From Candidatus Calescibacterium sp. (GTDB lineage Bacteria; DRYD01): a DNA stretch of 64,000 nt. A model generated the notes under the pieces. The model saw nothing but the letters and a program-made list of their open reading frames with translations, was not told the DNA's origin and did no database searches. Shown here piece by piece: positions 22,601 through 32,054 of this stretch (the stretch's first letter is position 1; every line of letters starts with the position of its first letter). Location of the stretch: NCBI GenBank assembly GCA_025057615.1, contig JANXBF010000001.1, positions 67,185 to 131,184 on the forward strand. Reading direction: 5' to 3'. A program made the translations under genes and the position numbers.

Positions 22601-23471
22601 AGTTATCAAGAGGATTCAATTCAACCGACTTTTTATAGTACTTAATAGCCTCATCATATGAACCCATAGAATACAGAATTCTACCAAGTCTATAATAACA
22701 GAAATATTCATTTGGATTATAAGAAATGGCCTTCTTATAGTAATCTATTGCCTTTTTCAAATCGGATAGCTCTTCATAAACATTTGCAATATAAGAATAT
22801 GCTTCATATTCATCAGGTTTTAATTCAATTACTCTACCAAGATAATCCAACGCCTCATCATATTGCTTCTTTTTATAATATATTATTCCTATATTGAGGA
22901 TACTACTAATATCTTCATTATTAAACTTTATAACTTCCTTGAAGGCTTGTAAGGCACCATCCAAGTCTCCCTTCTTCAACAGAATCAAAGCATACTGTTT
23001 CTGAGTCTCTAAATCTTGTGATGACTCAGAAGTAGATACACTTGACTGAATCTCCTGAATCCTCTTTATTTCTTGCAATATCCTCTTTTCCAGACCTATA
23101 GGATCACCACTCTGTTTAGCTAAAGACAGAGTTATATGAAGCTCAGAAAGAGCATCAGAATATCTCTTCAATTTAGAATAAGCAAGAGCCAAATTAAAAT
23201 GAGCACGAGTAAAATGAGGATCTATAGAAATAACCCTCTGCCACAAACTTATAGCCTCGTTTAAATTACCAATATTAGAATATATGCTGCCCAACTCAAA
23301 CAATCCCATCTTATGATTAGGATCAATTTTTAAAAGTAAATCATAATATTTTAAAGCCTCATCAAGATTATGATTTATAAAATAATAATTTGCAACCTTA
23401 TATACAAGATTTGAATCAACATTATTCGGATTGGCTTTTATCTTTTCCTCAATGATTTTTATATCTTCCAT
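19656..23471 (-). CDS. giant tetratricopeptide-repeat (TPR) protein, 1271 aa, with no signal peptide
   Basis: W-LG-Y / A-F-A-P TPR consensus repeats occur throughout. The start is 4 nt downstream of the preceding gene in the operon. Confidence 0.7.
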   Translation of the reverse strand: MEDIKIIEEKIKANPNNVDSNLVYKVANYYFINHNLDEALKYYDLLLKIDPNHKMGLFELGSIYSNIGNLNEAISLWQRVISIDPHFTRAHFNLALAYSKLKRYSDALSELHITLSLAKQSGDPIGLEKRILQEIKRIQEIQSSVSTSESSQDLETQKQYALILLKKGDLDGALQAFKEVIKFNNEDISSILNIGIIYYKKKQYDEALDYLGRVIELKPDEYEAYSYIANVYEELSDLKKAIDYYKKAISYNPNEYFCYYRLGRILYSMGSYDEAIKYYKKSVELNPLDNYSHNNLGIAYLEAGNITEAIKHFLKSIYLDSNDSYSYFNLAKAYVKLGQLNRAYKSIQKAITLEQKPIYLLEAAKILYKLRNYRESLVFAVKATEMDPNLFEAYILISKLYTVAKKYDEGITILERFASFERMSLLLELSQMYYIRGEIDKSISTLKSILSYPGEKNNDIIVEATRRLIRIYCSKGNYQEAYEYSKNIISQIFLDREDYTLLISVFFNLGKYSEFLNVISNLNIDEMDSELLFYYSYCNIKVGLYTIAKDSLKKLYSLYPTNLRIAYYYFYSLLKTGEVDLARDIFNKIEKELFNNLLDYDEVFENYIELLFIFKEYDLMLEKALYFVNSQDVSFPQKQKITEFIFRSLYERKQINRIKEFENLIIYSNHVVRYIFLLSLLITKDYEKLRDYVEKFAQDLDNFANHSEYLFIYIVCLLKLGEFEKVNIIHQNYQLRDNYSLLTSTLIDIYNFDISKAISNLKLEFSSMYHFYVILGMRFGFVEKEKVDIVWDKLPQILKDLWKVYIYDYENIGEDNIQEFIKLVDSLKKYVNDDAEINEYIYFLPDDIVDYYFYNPVSLFFHMMTLNVDRYMIEEEWEKVNIFRKLRYQTRKRLFEDLEYLVSKINKDWTQMNYYYSYIFAKYSILVGNLDKAISLLFESLNYNKYFYAARFLLGSIYYLREMYDLAIEQLVDVYHESNETIRYLLGKNYIATKSFKLADEEFSYLVSKKPDNYKYLYYKILSNVYMMNFKSVEILESFYNKIRVDKNIRKLEFLEISLYLCYIYILIKKYKEAEEILLDLLNNFQTNEKVYKYLSIVYISTNQIPKVLNVYNMGIKNIPDSSELYSQRGVLYYKANKLDLAEKDFLRAYELNNLDFVAISHLGLISLKKEDFTSALNYFKEAISIKPLAYEIYTNIGNVYEKMGKVIEAKEYYEMAYEHNPSNVQNIRKLIEILKRLSDTLKLQMIKEEIEKSSSFDPKVKSELISLIGG

Positions 23472-23485
23472 AATTTATGGAAACA

Positions 23486-24505
23486 CTACTTAGTTTTTTT
23501 ATAGTATCTTGTATTCAATAAAGGAGTGTCGAAAACATTCAATTCATTGTCCTTAATTCTATAACTATCAGATATTTTACTAATATAAAGCATACCAATG
23601 GGTTTTTGGAGAATTGGTGAGAAAGTTCCACTCGTAATAAAACCAACTTCTGTATTTTCAGAGTAAACTATCTCTTGCTTTCTCGGTATTTTTTTGCTAT
23701 TATTAACCTCAAAATACTTCAAAAATTTTTTTCTTTCAAAGTCCCTTTTCACATTTACTGCCCAACCCAAATTGGCTTCCAGGGGATTGGTACTATCATC
23801 TATTTCATTACCATACAATGGTAATCCGACTTCAACCCTTAGGACATCTCTAGAACCTAAACCACACATGACATTACCATAGTTTTCAATAATCCAGTTA
23901 ATTAGTAAATTAATATTATCTTTATGAGAATAAATTTCAAAACCATCTTCACCCGTATAACCACTCCTGGATAAAATTACATCATCAAAAAGCAAATATT
24001 CATAAAAATAAATATCAGAAAAACTGCGACTAAAGAATTTTTCCAATGCAAAAACTGAGGATGGACCTTGAATAGCAAACATCAATAAATCATCGCTTAC
24101 ATCCTTGAAATTCAAATTCAGATCTCTAAACAATTTAACATTTTTTTCTTTATTACAAGCATTACATACAACAAGAATTTTGTCAATTAGATCATATAAA
24201 ACAATATCGTCTTCTATCGTCCCTCTGTCATTTAGAATTAGACAATATTTTGCCTTTCCCTTATGATCATAAGATTTTATCGAATCAAGATTTATAGACA
24301 AAACTTTTTGAAGATTATAAAAATTATTATCTTTATAAATTATAATTCTTCCCATATGAAAAAGATCAAAAACTCCCAAACCATTTCTCACATTTAAAAC
24401 CTCATCGAAAATCTTTTTAAAGTATAAAGGACACTTATAACCGAAGAAATCAACGAACTTAGCACCTAAATCAACATATAAATTATTGAAAATACTTTCT
24501 TTCAT
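23486..24505 (-). CDS. gcvT: aminomethyltransferase (glycine cleavage T-protein) family, folate-binding
   Basis: LFDLFHMGRI, SRSGYTGEDGFEIY, GLGSRDVLRVEVGLPLYGNEID and PLEANLGWAV track GcvT conserved blocks. No gcvH or gcvP is adjacent. Confidence 0.7.
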   Translation of the reverse strand: MKESIFNNLYVDLGAKFVDFFGYKCPLYFKKIFDEVLNVRNGLGVFDLFHMGRIIIYKDNNFYNLQKVLSINLDSIKSYDHKGKAKYCLILNDRGTIEDDIVLYDLIDKILVVCNACNKEKNVKLFRDLNLNFKDVSDDLLMFAIQGPSSVFALEKFFSRSFSDIYFYEYLLFDDVILSRSGYTGEDGFEIYSHKDNINLLINWIIENYGNVMCGLGSRDVLRVEVGLPLYGNEIDDSTNPLEANLGWAVNVKRDFERKKFLKYFEVNNSKKIPRKQEIVYSENTEVGFITSGTFSPILQKPIGMLYISKISDSYRIKDNELNVFDTPLLNTRYYKKTK

Positions 24506-24507
24506 AA

Positions 24508-25053
24508 TTATCCGATAGGAGTCTCTATTTCATCTATTTTATCGTAATTTATTTCTCTTAATATTTCAATTGAGTATTCCCCATCGTTTTTTACAAATTC
24601 TCTGACAACAGCAATCCTTTTACCAATTATACCTTCAGAATCAGGATAAAAAAATAGAGTTCTATTAACAATAAAAATATCTTCCTTCCTTTCAACAGTT
24701 ACTTCAACTAATCCTAACTCCCGAAAAATATTATCAGGAACACTACCATAAGGTTCAAAAGGATTAGAAGATTTCTTAAAAATCTCTATTGCCAAAAGAT
24801 CGAAAAATACATGAAATTCGGGTTCTGTAAATAATCTAACAAAATCCAAAGCTTGCTCTTCATCCTCTATTGTAACCCTTCCTTTAAAAACATTAACAGA
24901 ATTAACTTCTACTTTTTCATCATTTTTTATCAAATATAATTTCAATAAAGCAGTAACAGGATAAAAAGAAACCTTGTCAAATACTAACATAAGCTTATAA
25001 CTACTCTTAAATTTTCTATTTATCGTTTTATTCCACCCTAAATAAAAATTCAT
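24508..25053 (-). CDS. hypothetical protein (181 aa)
   Basis: The ORF is tightly packed in the operon and shows no recognised motifs. Confidence 0.4.
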   Translation of the reverse strand: MNFYLGWNKTINRKFKSSYKLMLVFDKVSFYPVTALLKLYLIKNDEKVEVNSVNVFKGRVTIEDEEQALDFVRLFTEPEFHVFFDLLAIEIFKKSSNPFEPYGSVPDNIFRELGLVEVTVERKEDIFIVNRTLFFYPDSEGIIGKRIAVVREFVKNDGEYSIEILREINYDKIDEIETPIG

Positions 25054-25055
25054 AC

Positions 25056-25508
25056 TCAGAAATTTTTATATACCAACTCAGCCTGTTCACGCTCAAAAAT
25101 ATCAGAATAAACATCATTCCAAAATCTGCTAAAAGTCTTAACAAAAAAGTCAGTTATAAAAACATAACCAACAGAGTCCATTAAATAAATTAACTCATCA
25201 TTATTAAAAATAAATTTAGAAACAAAACTTTGTTTAAAATCATAAAAATTTGTTCTTTCATAATAAAAATTAAAAATAAAAATTTTATTATTATCAAATA
25301 TAAAATCATCTATTTTATAAACACATATATTACCATTTAATTCATACTTTTTTTCTTTTAATAGATTTCTTTTTGTAGCATCAACTATTTTTTCAAAAAC
25401 ATTGCTCAGTTTACCAACATCAAATATTCTGTATTTTATATTAATCATATATAGATAAGATTCAGCAAAAAAAACAATAATCCTTGTTAAAATATATCTC
25501 AGCCACAA
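25056..25508 (-). CDS. hypothetical protein (150 aa); first gene of the long minus-strand operon
   Basis: The ORF shows no recognised motifs. It has a hydrophobic N-terminus. Confidence 0.35.
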   Translation of the reverse strand: MWLRYILTRIIVFFAESYLYMINIKYRIFDVGKLSNVFEKIVDATKRNLLKEKKYELNGNICVYKIDDFIFDNNKIFIFNFYYERTNFYDFKQSFVSKFIFNNDELIYLMDSVGYVFITDFFVKTFSRFWNDVYSDIFEREQAELVYKNF

Positions 25509-25628
25509 AAGTATGTTTAATAATAATACAATATTGTAAAAAAAATGTAAAAATTCATACGAAAAGTATTTAATTTTATCAAAAACAAACCATATAATCT
25601 ATAGAAAAAAGAAAGGAGTTGATTGAAT

Positions 25629-25928
25629 ATGTCAGAAATGCTACCACAAATTCTAATGAACGCAATACCTGCAGTAATAGGCTCAGCACAGAGTGCTGCC
25701 CAAAATCTACAACAATCTCACCAACAAGCAGTAGAAACCTATATGCAAAAGAAAAAAGAATTCCAAAACTTAGTGATGCAAGATTTACAAAAAAAGAGAG
25801 AAGCCCAAAAAAAGATGTTTGAACAACTAAAACAATCCAATGAAAACAAACAAGAAAAACAACAAAGTATAGGAAACGCATGGGCACAAGCACTTGGAAT
25901 GGGAATTGATTGGGGACAATCAGAATAA
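25629..25928 (+). CDS. small Q/K/E-rich protein (about 99 aa) of unknown function
   Basis: A strong AAAGGAG RBS lies 11 nt upstream of the ATG at 25629 and a TATAAT -10-like box lies at 25593-25598. A GC hairpin immediately follows the stop codon. Confidence 0.55.
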   Translation: MSEMLPQILMNAIPAVIGSAQSAAQNLQQSHQQAVETYMQKKKEFQNLVMQDLQKKREAQKKMFEQLKQSNENKQEKQQSIGNAWAQALGMGIDWGQSE

Positions 25929-25930
25929 AA

Positions 25931-25960
25931 ATAAAAAAGGGTGGTTTAAAACCACCCTTC
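25931..25960. terminator. intrinsic terminator, mainly for the minus-strand pil operon and possibly bidirectional
   Basis: The GGGTGGT-TTAAA-ACCACCC hairpin is flanked by an A-run on plus, which is a T-run on minus. Confidence 0.7.
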
Positions 25961-25986
25961 CATGAAATCAATAATCTAAATAAGTC

Positions 25987-28002
25987 TTAGAACTTCGTAG
26001 GTTCCTTGACTTTCAGTCCCTTCTCTTCCATTTTATTATACTGATTTGTTTCATTAAGATTAGGCAAATCAGTAAGAACAACGGGAGTTATAGCAATAAC
26101 CAATTCTATCCTTGCATTTGACTTAGATCTTGCTTTAAAAATCTCCCCTATTATTGGAATATCAGATAATAATGGAACCTTCTTTATTGAGTCACCAGAA
26201 GTGTTCCTGAGAAGTCCACCTATTAAAACTGTTTCACCCTGTTTAATCCTAACAACATTATTAATTCTATTTGTATTTATTATGAAATACTGTGTTCCTG
26301 GTATTTGTGCACCTAATTCTGATACCTCAGGATTTAAATTCAAAGTTACATAACCATCAGGAGATATATCTGGTGTAACTCTCAAAATTATACCAACGTT
26401 GACATACTGTGCCTGTATTTGACCAGTTCTATAATCTGTATAAAGTATAGGTATTTGTTGACCGACTTGTATTTCAGCTTGTTGCCTATTTTGAGTCATA
26501 ACGTAAGGAGCAGAAAGAACCTTACCTTTTTTACTCTCTAAAAGATAGTTAAGAGCAGCTTGGAAAGATAAAGAACTTCTTGTAAACCAATTAATACCTA
26601 GGTTAGGTAAATCACCAACTGGCTGTTCTTTTAGAGTAGTAGGAGTAGAATAGTTACCCCAGTCAACACCCAAGTTCCTCGAAGCAGTTTCATCTATGCT
26701 TAAGAAATGTAACCTCAGAGCAACCTGAGGCATAGGAACATCAACAGCCTTAACAAATGATTTTACTGTATCAATAATATCCGGCGTAGCGGTAACTATC
26801 AAGGAGTTCATCCTTTTATCAACAGTTAAAGACTCCTTTGGAACTAAATTACCCATCATTTGGACAACTTCATCACCCTGAGCATAGTTTAATCTAATAA
26901 CCTCGGTAATAGGAGGAGTTACCGGAGGTGGGGGTGGAGGTGGAACATCCAATTGACCAACGAGATTCTTTATTTCAACTATTGTTTGGACAGGGGCTTT
27001 AACAAGTAAACTATTAGTTTTTTCTACAACCTGAACACTAGCTTCAGGAAAATTAGACTTTATAACAGGTTCTATTTCCTTAGCAGAAGCATTCTCTAGA
27101 TTTATAACCTGATTTTTCATCGGTCCAGCAACTTTAACATCTTGCTGGAATTTCTCCAATTTATCAGGTGCTGCAACATAAGCAATACCATTAACTATTT
27201 TGTAATCAAACCCATTAGCTAACAATATCATCTTAAGAGCTTTTTCAGGATCAACATTAACAAGCTTCATTGTTAATTTTTCTTGATATTTTATTACATC
27301 AGGAGAGAATATAACGTTCCATCCCAAATTTTCTGTTATTAATCTTACTGTATCAACCAAGGTAGCATCTATTAAATCCAAGGTTATAGTCTTTGAAACA
27401 GATAAAGACTTTGTTGGTGGAGTAACTTTTTTAGATTCTTTTTTAGGATAAACTTTTTTATGTGGCTCTACCTTTTTTACTTCAACAGTTTTGGCTTCTT
27501 CCTTAACTTGTACATGTTTAACATTACTGGATTCATCCTTAGGCTTAACACTAACTTGGTCATGTGCTGCAGAAAGAACGATGTAATTTCTAACACCCTT
27601 AGATTCATTAGAAACAGTCTTTGGACCAACAGGCTCTGGCAACGACTTTTCCTTAACCTCAACAACAGTCAAGCCCCCAACGGTATACACTTTATAATTA
27701 ACAGAACTATAATTTAAAATTATATCAAGATAAGCGTCACTACCTTCAGAAGATAAAGATACTTTGGAAACAGGACCACCAGGCATTAAAGTGGCTTCTG
27801 TTTGAGACAAATTAATATTAGTCTCCTTCAAAAGTACCCTTATCTTGTTATCTTTAAGAAAAGTTTTGTAACTTGACACTGTATTAAGTGTTATTTTTAC
27901 TGTGCTATCTATTTCTTTTATCTCTACTTTAGATACAGTAGCAGCTAAGGATATATTAATCAGGACAACAGCAATAATTATAAGCTTCAATATTTTTTTC
28001 AC
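25987..28002 (-). CDS. pilQ: type IV pilus secretin PilQ
   Basis: A signal peptide and N-terminal AMIN-like domains are present. The C-terminal secretin domain reads GETVLIGGLLRN...VPLLSDIPIIGEIFKARS...ELVIAITP. Confidence 0.85.
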   Translation of the reverse strand: MKKILKLIIIAVVLINISLAATVSKVEIKEIDSTVKITLNTVSSYKTFLKDNKIRVLLKETNINLSQTEATLMPGGPVSKVSLSSEGSDAYLDIILNYSSVNYKVYTVGGLTVVEVKEKSLPEPVGPKTVSNESKGVRNYIVLSAAHDQVSVKPKDESSNVKHVQVKEEAKTVEVKKVEPHKKVYPKKESKKVTPPTKSLSVSKTITLDLIDATLVDTVRLITENLGWNVIFSPDVIKYQEKLTMKLVNVDPEKALKMILLANGFDYKIVNGIAYVAAPDKLEKFQQDVKVAGPMKNQVINLENASAKEIEPVIKSNFPEASVQVVEKTNSLLVKAPVQTIVEIKNLVGQLDVPPPPPPPVTPPITEVIRLNYAQGDEVVQMMGNLVPKESLTVDKRMNSLIVTATPDIIDTVKSFVKAVDVPMPQVALRLHFLSIDETASRNLGVDWGNYSTPTTLKEQPVGDLPNLGINWFTRSSLSFQAALNYLLESKKGKVLSAPYVMTQNRQQAEIQVGQQIPILYTDYRTGQIQAQYVNVGIILRVTPDISPDGYVTLNLNPEVSELGAQIPGTQYFIINTNRINNVVRIKQGETVLIGGLLRNTSGDSIKKVPLLSDIPIIGEIFKARSKSNARIELVIAITPVVLTDLPNLNETNQYNKMEEKGLKVKEPTKF

Positions 28003-28015
28003 CTGATTTCACCTC

Positions 28016-28627
28016 CTATTTTTTCTTTTTAGTTATAACAAGTTTTTCTGAACCTTTAACCAAAACTAAACTATCATCAGTTATATCAACAACAGAATAT
28101 CCACCTACAATATCTCCTCTCTTAACAATATAAGCTTTATTATTAGTAAGATGTCTCAATATAGCTCTCCTTTCATTACCAGAAATTGATAATCCTTCAA
28201 AATTAAACATCATTGGAGACTCCTCTGCTATATTAATCGGCTTCTGCTCTACTTGCTGAGTTTGTTCAGGAGTTTGTTGTTGAATTTGTTGTTGAGGTTG
28301 TTGCTGCTCCTCCTGTGAAGGTACATTCTCTTTCTCTTTATTAGATACTCTCAGAGCTTTCAAAGATTTAAGAATAAATGGATCTTTTAAATCAGCAGAT
28401 TCTCTCTTTTCTGGTATAGTAGGTTTGGAAGCAAGCTTTTTTCTAACTTCATCAATATTAACAATAGAAACATCAAACTTAGCAGTATCTATTTTTATTT
28501 CTTTAGTCAAATCTGTGGGGGTTTCAATATTTGCTAACTGATCGGTAGTACATCCACTAAGTATAACAGCAAAAAAACTTAAACTTAACAAAATACCTAT
28601 CCCAAATTTACTCATTTTTATAATCAC
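28016..28627 (-). CDS. pilP: PilP-like pilus assembly lipoprotein
   Basis: A lipobox (LSGC) is present. The protein has a Q-rich linker and a C-terminal beta domain, and lies immediately upstream of pilQ. Confidence 0.55.
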   Translation of the reverse strand: MIIKMSKFGIGILLSLSFFAVILSGCTTDQLANIETPTDLTKEIKIDTAKFDVSIVNIDEVRKKLASKPTIPEKRESADLKDPFILKSLKALRVSNKEKENVPSQEEQQQPQQQIQQQTPEQTQQVEQKPINIAEESPMMFNFEGLSISGNERRAILRHLTNNKAYIVKRGDIVGGYSVVDITDDSLVLVKGSEKLVITKKKK

Positions 28628-29242
28628 CTACCTTATTATTTGTATCATTTCCAATGTTATGTTAATACTATTAGTTGGAGATTTTCCAACATCTCTGGTG
28701 GATGGAGAAAAAGATATGGTTTTTATTCTTATAAGTGCACCTATTTTATTAGTATCAGAAAGCTCTCTTAAAAACTTTATTATAGTGGAATATTTTCCAT
28801 TTAAACTCATCGTTATTTCTGTGCTCCTAACAGCTATACCTTCAGATTCTTCAGAAGCACCAATATTTCTGTTAGATATAGCACCGAAATTGATATTGTT
28901 TAATTTAAAGTCCTTATCCTTAGAAGAATTTCTCACATCAGTAACAATACCTTCTAAATTCTTTAAAATTAAAGACATGAAAGCTTCATTGTTAGCACCT
29001 TTGGATTGTGGAAAAACCTCATTTCTTAATCTTTCATATTCTTCTGCCATTTTTTGGTATTTTTCGTAATCCTGTTTAATTTGGATACTGGCTTGGTATA
29101 TCTCTTGAGCTCTTTTCAATTGTTCCTGCCAACTTGCTTCCCTTTCAACAACAGGGGAATAATTAATTTGAAAACTCAAAAATGCAAATATAACAGCAAC
29201 AATAATACCTCCAACAAATTTTAATAAATCAGCTATGGTCAT
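28628..29242 (-). CDS. pilO: PilO-like pilus assembly protein
   Basis: The protein has a single N-terminal TM segment, a coiled coil and a C-terminal domain, and it occupies the pilO position in the operon. Confidence 0.6.
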   Translation of the reverse strand: MTIADLLKFVGGIIVAVIFAFLSFQINYSPVVEREASWQEQLKRAQEIYQASIQIKQDYEKYQKMAEEYERLRNEVFPQSKGANNEAFMSLILKNLEGIVTDVRNSSKDKDFKLNNINFGAISNRNIGASEESEGIAVRSTEITMSLNGKYSTIIKFLRELSDTNKIGALIRIKTISFSPSTRDVGKSPTNSINITLEMIQIIR

Positions 29243-29260
29243 ATAAACTCTCCCCCCTTA

Positions 29261-29857
29261 TTATTTCATATTTTTATAATAATTTTCCATAATATCTAGT
29301 GAATAATCAAAATTGACTTCAACGTTGAAGTTGGAAACAACCTCTCCTTCCTGTTCTTGTAAACTTATGCCAGTAACTTTGGGATTCTTAAATATAGGAC
29401 TGTTACTAATGTTATCCAAAAGCTGGGCAGAGTTTTGCAAAACTTTATCTCTAGTACCAACAATGTTAACCCCAAAAGTTGCTGTTTTTGCATCGAAATT
29501 AATAGAAAGATTAGTCATCCATGCTTCAGTTGGCAAAACATGAGGTATCTCTATAAGTATAAATCTCTGCAAAATAGATTCGTTCAGAACTAAACGCAAA
29601 GTATTCAGCTCATTATATATAACTTTTATTTTTTTAATGTTATTCTCTATAGTTGGTAATTGATTTTGAAAATATTTTGATTGCTCTACTAACTTCTCAA
29701 CTTGCTGCTTAACAAGCTTTATTTCCTCTATTTTCTTTTGAGCCATAAAATATGGAATAATATAAGCTATACTTATCATAACAAATATTACTAATATTAT
29801 AGCTATTTCTTTACCCCAATTGATCCGTTTATCCTGTTCAACAATAACTATTCCCAT
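29261..29857 (-). CDS. pilN: PilN-like pilus assembly protein
   Basis: A short cytoplasmic N-terminus is followed by a single TM segment, a coiled coil and a periplasmic domain. The gene lies immediately downstream of pilM. Confidence 0.6.
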   Translation of the reverse strand: MGIVIVEQDKRINWGKEIAIILVIFVMISIAYIIPYFMAQKKIEEIKLVKQQVEKLVEQSKYFQNQLPTIENNIKKIKVIYNELNTLRLVLNESILQRFILIEIPHVLPTEAWMTNLSINFDAKTATFGVNIVGTRDKVLQNSAQLLDNISNSPIFKNPKVTGISLQEQEGEVVSNFNVEVNFDYSLDIMENYYKNMK

Positions 29858-29868
29858 TTTAACACCTC

Positions 29869-30942
29869 CTATATTATCCTCTTTGTAACAATTTTTTGCT
29901 GTCCATGACGAAGAGCCAACCCAAAAGCATTTACATATATATTAAACTCCCTCTTAAAATCACCTTCTATTTTTTTATCAATTTTTATTAAATTACTCAT
30001 CTTATCTAATTCAATATAACTAACAGGAATAGAAACCTCTTTCTGAATATATTCATTAAGACCGCCAATATAAGATATTCCCCCAATAGTATATATGTTG
30101 TAAAAATCCATTCTACCTTTGTAAGCAGTTATTGTCCTCTTAAGTTCCTTAATTAAAGGTTCAAAGGCTTTTATTAAAATAGGAGAGTATTTCTGGTCAT
30201 CAAATGAAATAGACTTCCATCCTTCATCAGAAAACTCCATAGAACCAATTTTTTCAATTATCCTCTTTTTTATTTCTTCACCAGCAATTCTCAAATTCCT
30301 CAACTGTTTCAGTTTACCATTATAGAAAACCATAATCTTAGTAGATACGTAACCAAAATCTATAACGATGCTATTGGTATTCTTGAAATTTTGATAATTA
30401 GCCCCTTCAAGAATTCTCCAAACACCAAGTTCATCAAACTCTATCGCAACTTTTTCTAATCCAGCATTTGAAATGATATCATTTAGAACAACAACATCCT
30501 CAAGCAAAAATGAAATCAATAACACTTCTTTTTTATCTGGTGCTTCGGGTATCTCATCACTTATTGGTGCAAATTCATACTTAGCCTCTTCTATTTTGTA
30601 AGGCACATAATTTCTGGCTATATCAGCTCCCTCTTTATCAATATTAACTTTTTTTGGAACCTCTATCGATCTTACTATGACATTCGGGCTAGACATACAA
30701 GCTATGACCTTAACAGTCTTCTTTTGAGCTTTATAACTACTAAACAAATTAGACAATTCATTAGCTAATAATTCCCTATCTCCAATATTCTGAACTGCAA
30801 TTTTAGTACACAGATCCACCTTAGCCGATTTCAAATTTTTTATATCCTGCCAAACAGCATCGGCACAAACAACCTTCATATAATAGTTACCAATATCAAG
30901 CCCCACATAAACTTCTTTACTTCCAAACAAACCAAACACCAT
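29869..30942 (-). CDS. pilM: type IV pilus assembly ATPase-fold protein PilM
   Basis: VGLDIGNYYMKVV is an actin-like, FtsA-like fold signature. The size of 357 aa fits PilM. Confidence 0.8.
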   Translation of the reverse strand: MVFGLFGSKEVYVGLDIGNYYMKVVCADAVWQDIKNLKSAKVDLCTKIAVQNIGDRELLANELSNLFSSYKAQKKTVKVIACMSSPNVIVRSIEVPKKVNIDKEGADIARNYVPYKIEEAKYEFAPISDEIPEAPDKKEVLLISFLLEDVVVLNDIISNAGLEKVAIEFDELGVWRILEGANYQNFKNTNSIVIDFGYVSTKIMVFYNGKLKQLRNLRIAGEEIKKRIIEKIGSMEFSDEGWKSISFDDQKYSPILIKAFEPLIKELKRTITAYKGRMDFYNIYTIGGISYIGGLNEYIQKEVSIPVSYIELDKMSNLIKIDKKIEGDFKREFNIYVNAFGLALRHGQQKIVTKRII

Positions 30943-30971
30943 ACGTTCACATACCTTTTCTAAACATTATT

Positions 30972-32054
30972 TCATACATAGTTCTTATTTTTCAAAAATA
31001 TTAAAAATCCTCCTAAAAATATCGAAACAAAGTTTGGAAGCCATAAAAATAATATAATCCCGGTTTTGAAAGAAACTATTTGGACCATTGTTAGCAAAAT
31101 ATAATATACAATAGCAACAGAAACAGATAAAACCATCCCCAAAAAATTGCTAACCCTAACCCTGGTCAGAGAAAATGGAAAAACTAAAAACAATAAAAAA
31201 ATACTACTGAGAGGAAATATAAATTTCAAATTTAACTTCACATAGATATCAAATGCCAAATCATGAAAATCTCTCTTCTCATAATCTCTTGCCATCTTTA
31301 ATAGTTCAAAAATGTTTAATTCTTCCCTGTGCTTTTTTCTCTTTATGGAGTTTTCAAAATTAAATACATATTCAATATTATTAACAACAACCTTGGTTTT
31401 ATTCAAATAATCATAAGTAACCACGTTATAAAGTAACCACCTATTCATATCTTTCTTTTTAGCCCAATCAGCAACAATAGTTTTGGATATATATCTACTT
31501 ACTTTATCTTTAACAACAATAAATACATCTTTCATTAAACCTAAATCCCCAGAATACTCCCTCGCAAAAACATACTTTACTTCTCTTGAACCCTCAAAAA
31601 TATAAGAGAAATCTTTAACAACCCCTCTAATCTCTTTAGTAGTAGAAGAATAATACATATCCAAAGCCCAGGAAACAAACCTATATCCCATAAACTCATT
31701 GAAAAAAAAGTGAATAACACTAATAAATAACACAATAATAACCAGCTTCCTGAAAATATACATATTACTAATTCCAAAACTATTAATAGCAGTAATTTCA
31801 AAATTACTACTTAATCTACCTATTGAACCAACAACACCAAAAACTATAGAAATAGGAACAACATAGTTCAAATACATAGGACTGATAAACACTAGATACT
31901 TGGCTATATCTATAATCCCATAAGTTCCATCAACTAACCACTTTATTACTTGATAAAGCTGAGAAGTTAATATAATCATAAAATTGAAAATAACAAACCC
32001 CAACAAAAACGATTCGAAAAAATTCTTTAAAACATATCTGGTCAATATACTCAT
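30972..32054 (-). CDS. LPS export permease, LptF/LptG (YjgP/YjgQ) family
   Basis: The protein is about 360 aa. Three N-terminal TM segments, a periplasmic beta-jellyroll region and C-terminal TM segments give the typical LptF/G topology. Confidence 0.7.
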   Translation of the reverse strand: MSILTRYVLKNFFESFLLGFVIFNFMIILTSQLYQVIKWLVDGTYGIIDIAKYLVFISPMYLNYVVPISIVFGVVGSIGRLSSNFEITAINSFGISNMYIFRKLVIIVLFISVIHFFFNEFMGYRFVSWALDMYYSSTTKEIRGVVKDFSYIFEGSREVKYVFAREYSGDLGLMKDVFIVVKDKVSRYISKTIVADWAKKKDMNRWLLYNVVTYDYLNKTKVVVNNIEYVFNFENSIKRKKHREELNIFELLKMARDYEKRDFHDLAFDIYVKLNLKFIFPLSSIFLLFLVFPFSLTRVRVSNFLGMVLSVSVAIVYYILLTMVQIVSFKTGIILFLWLPNFVSIFLGGFLIFLKNKNYV

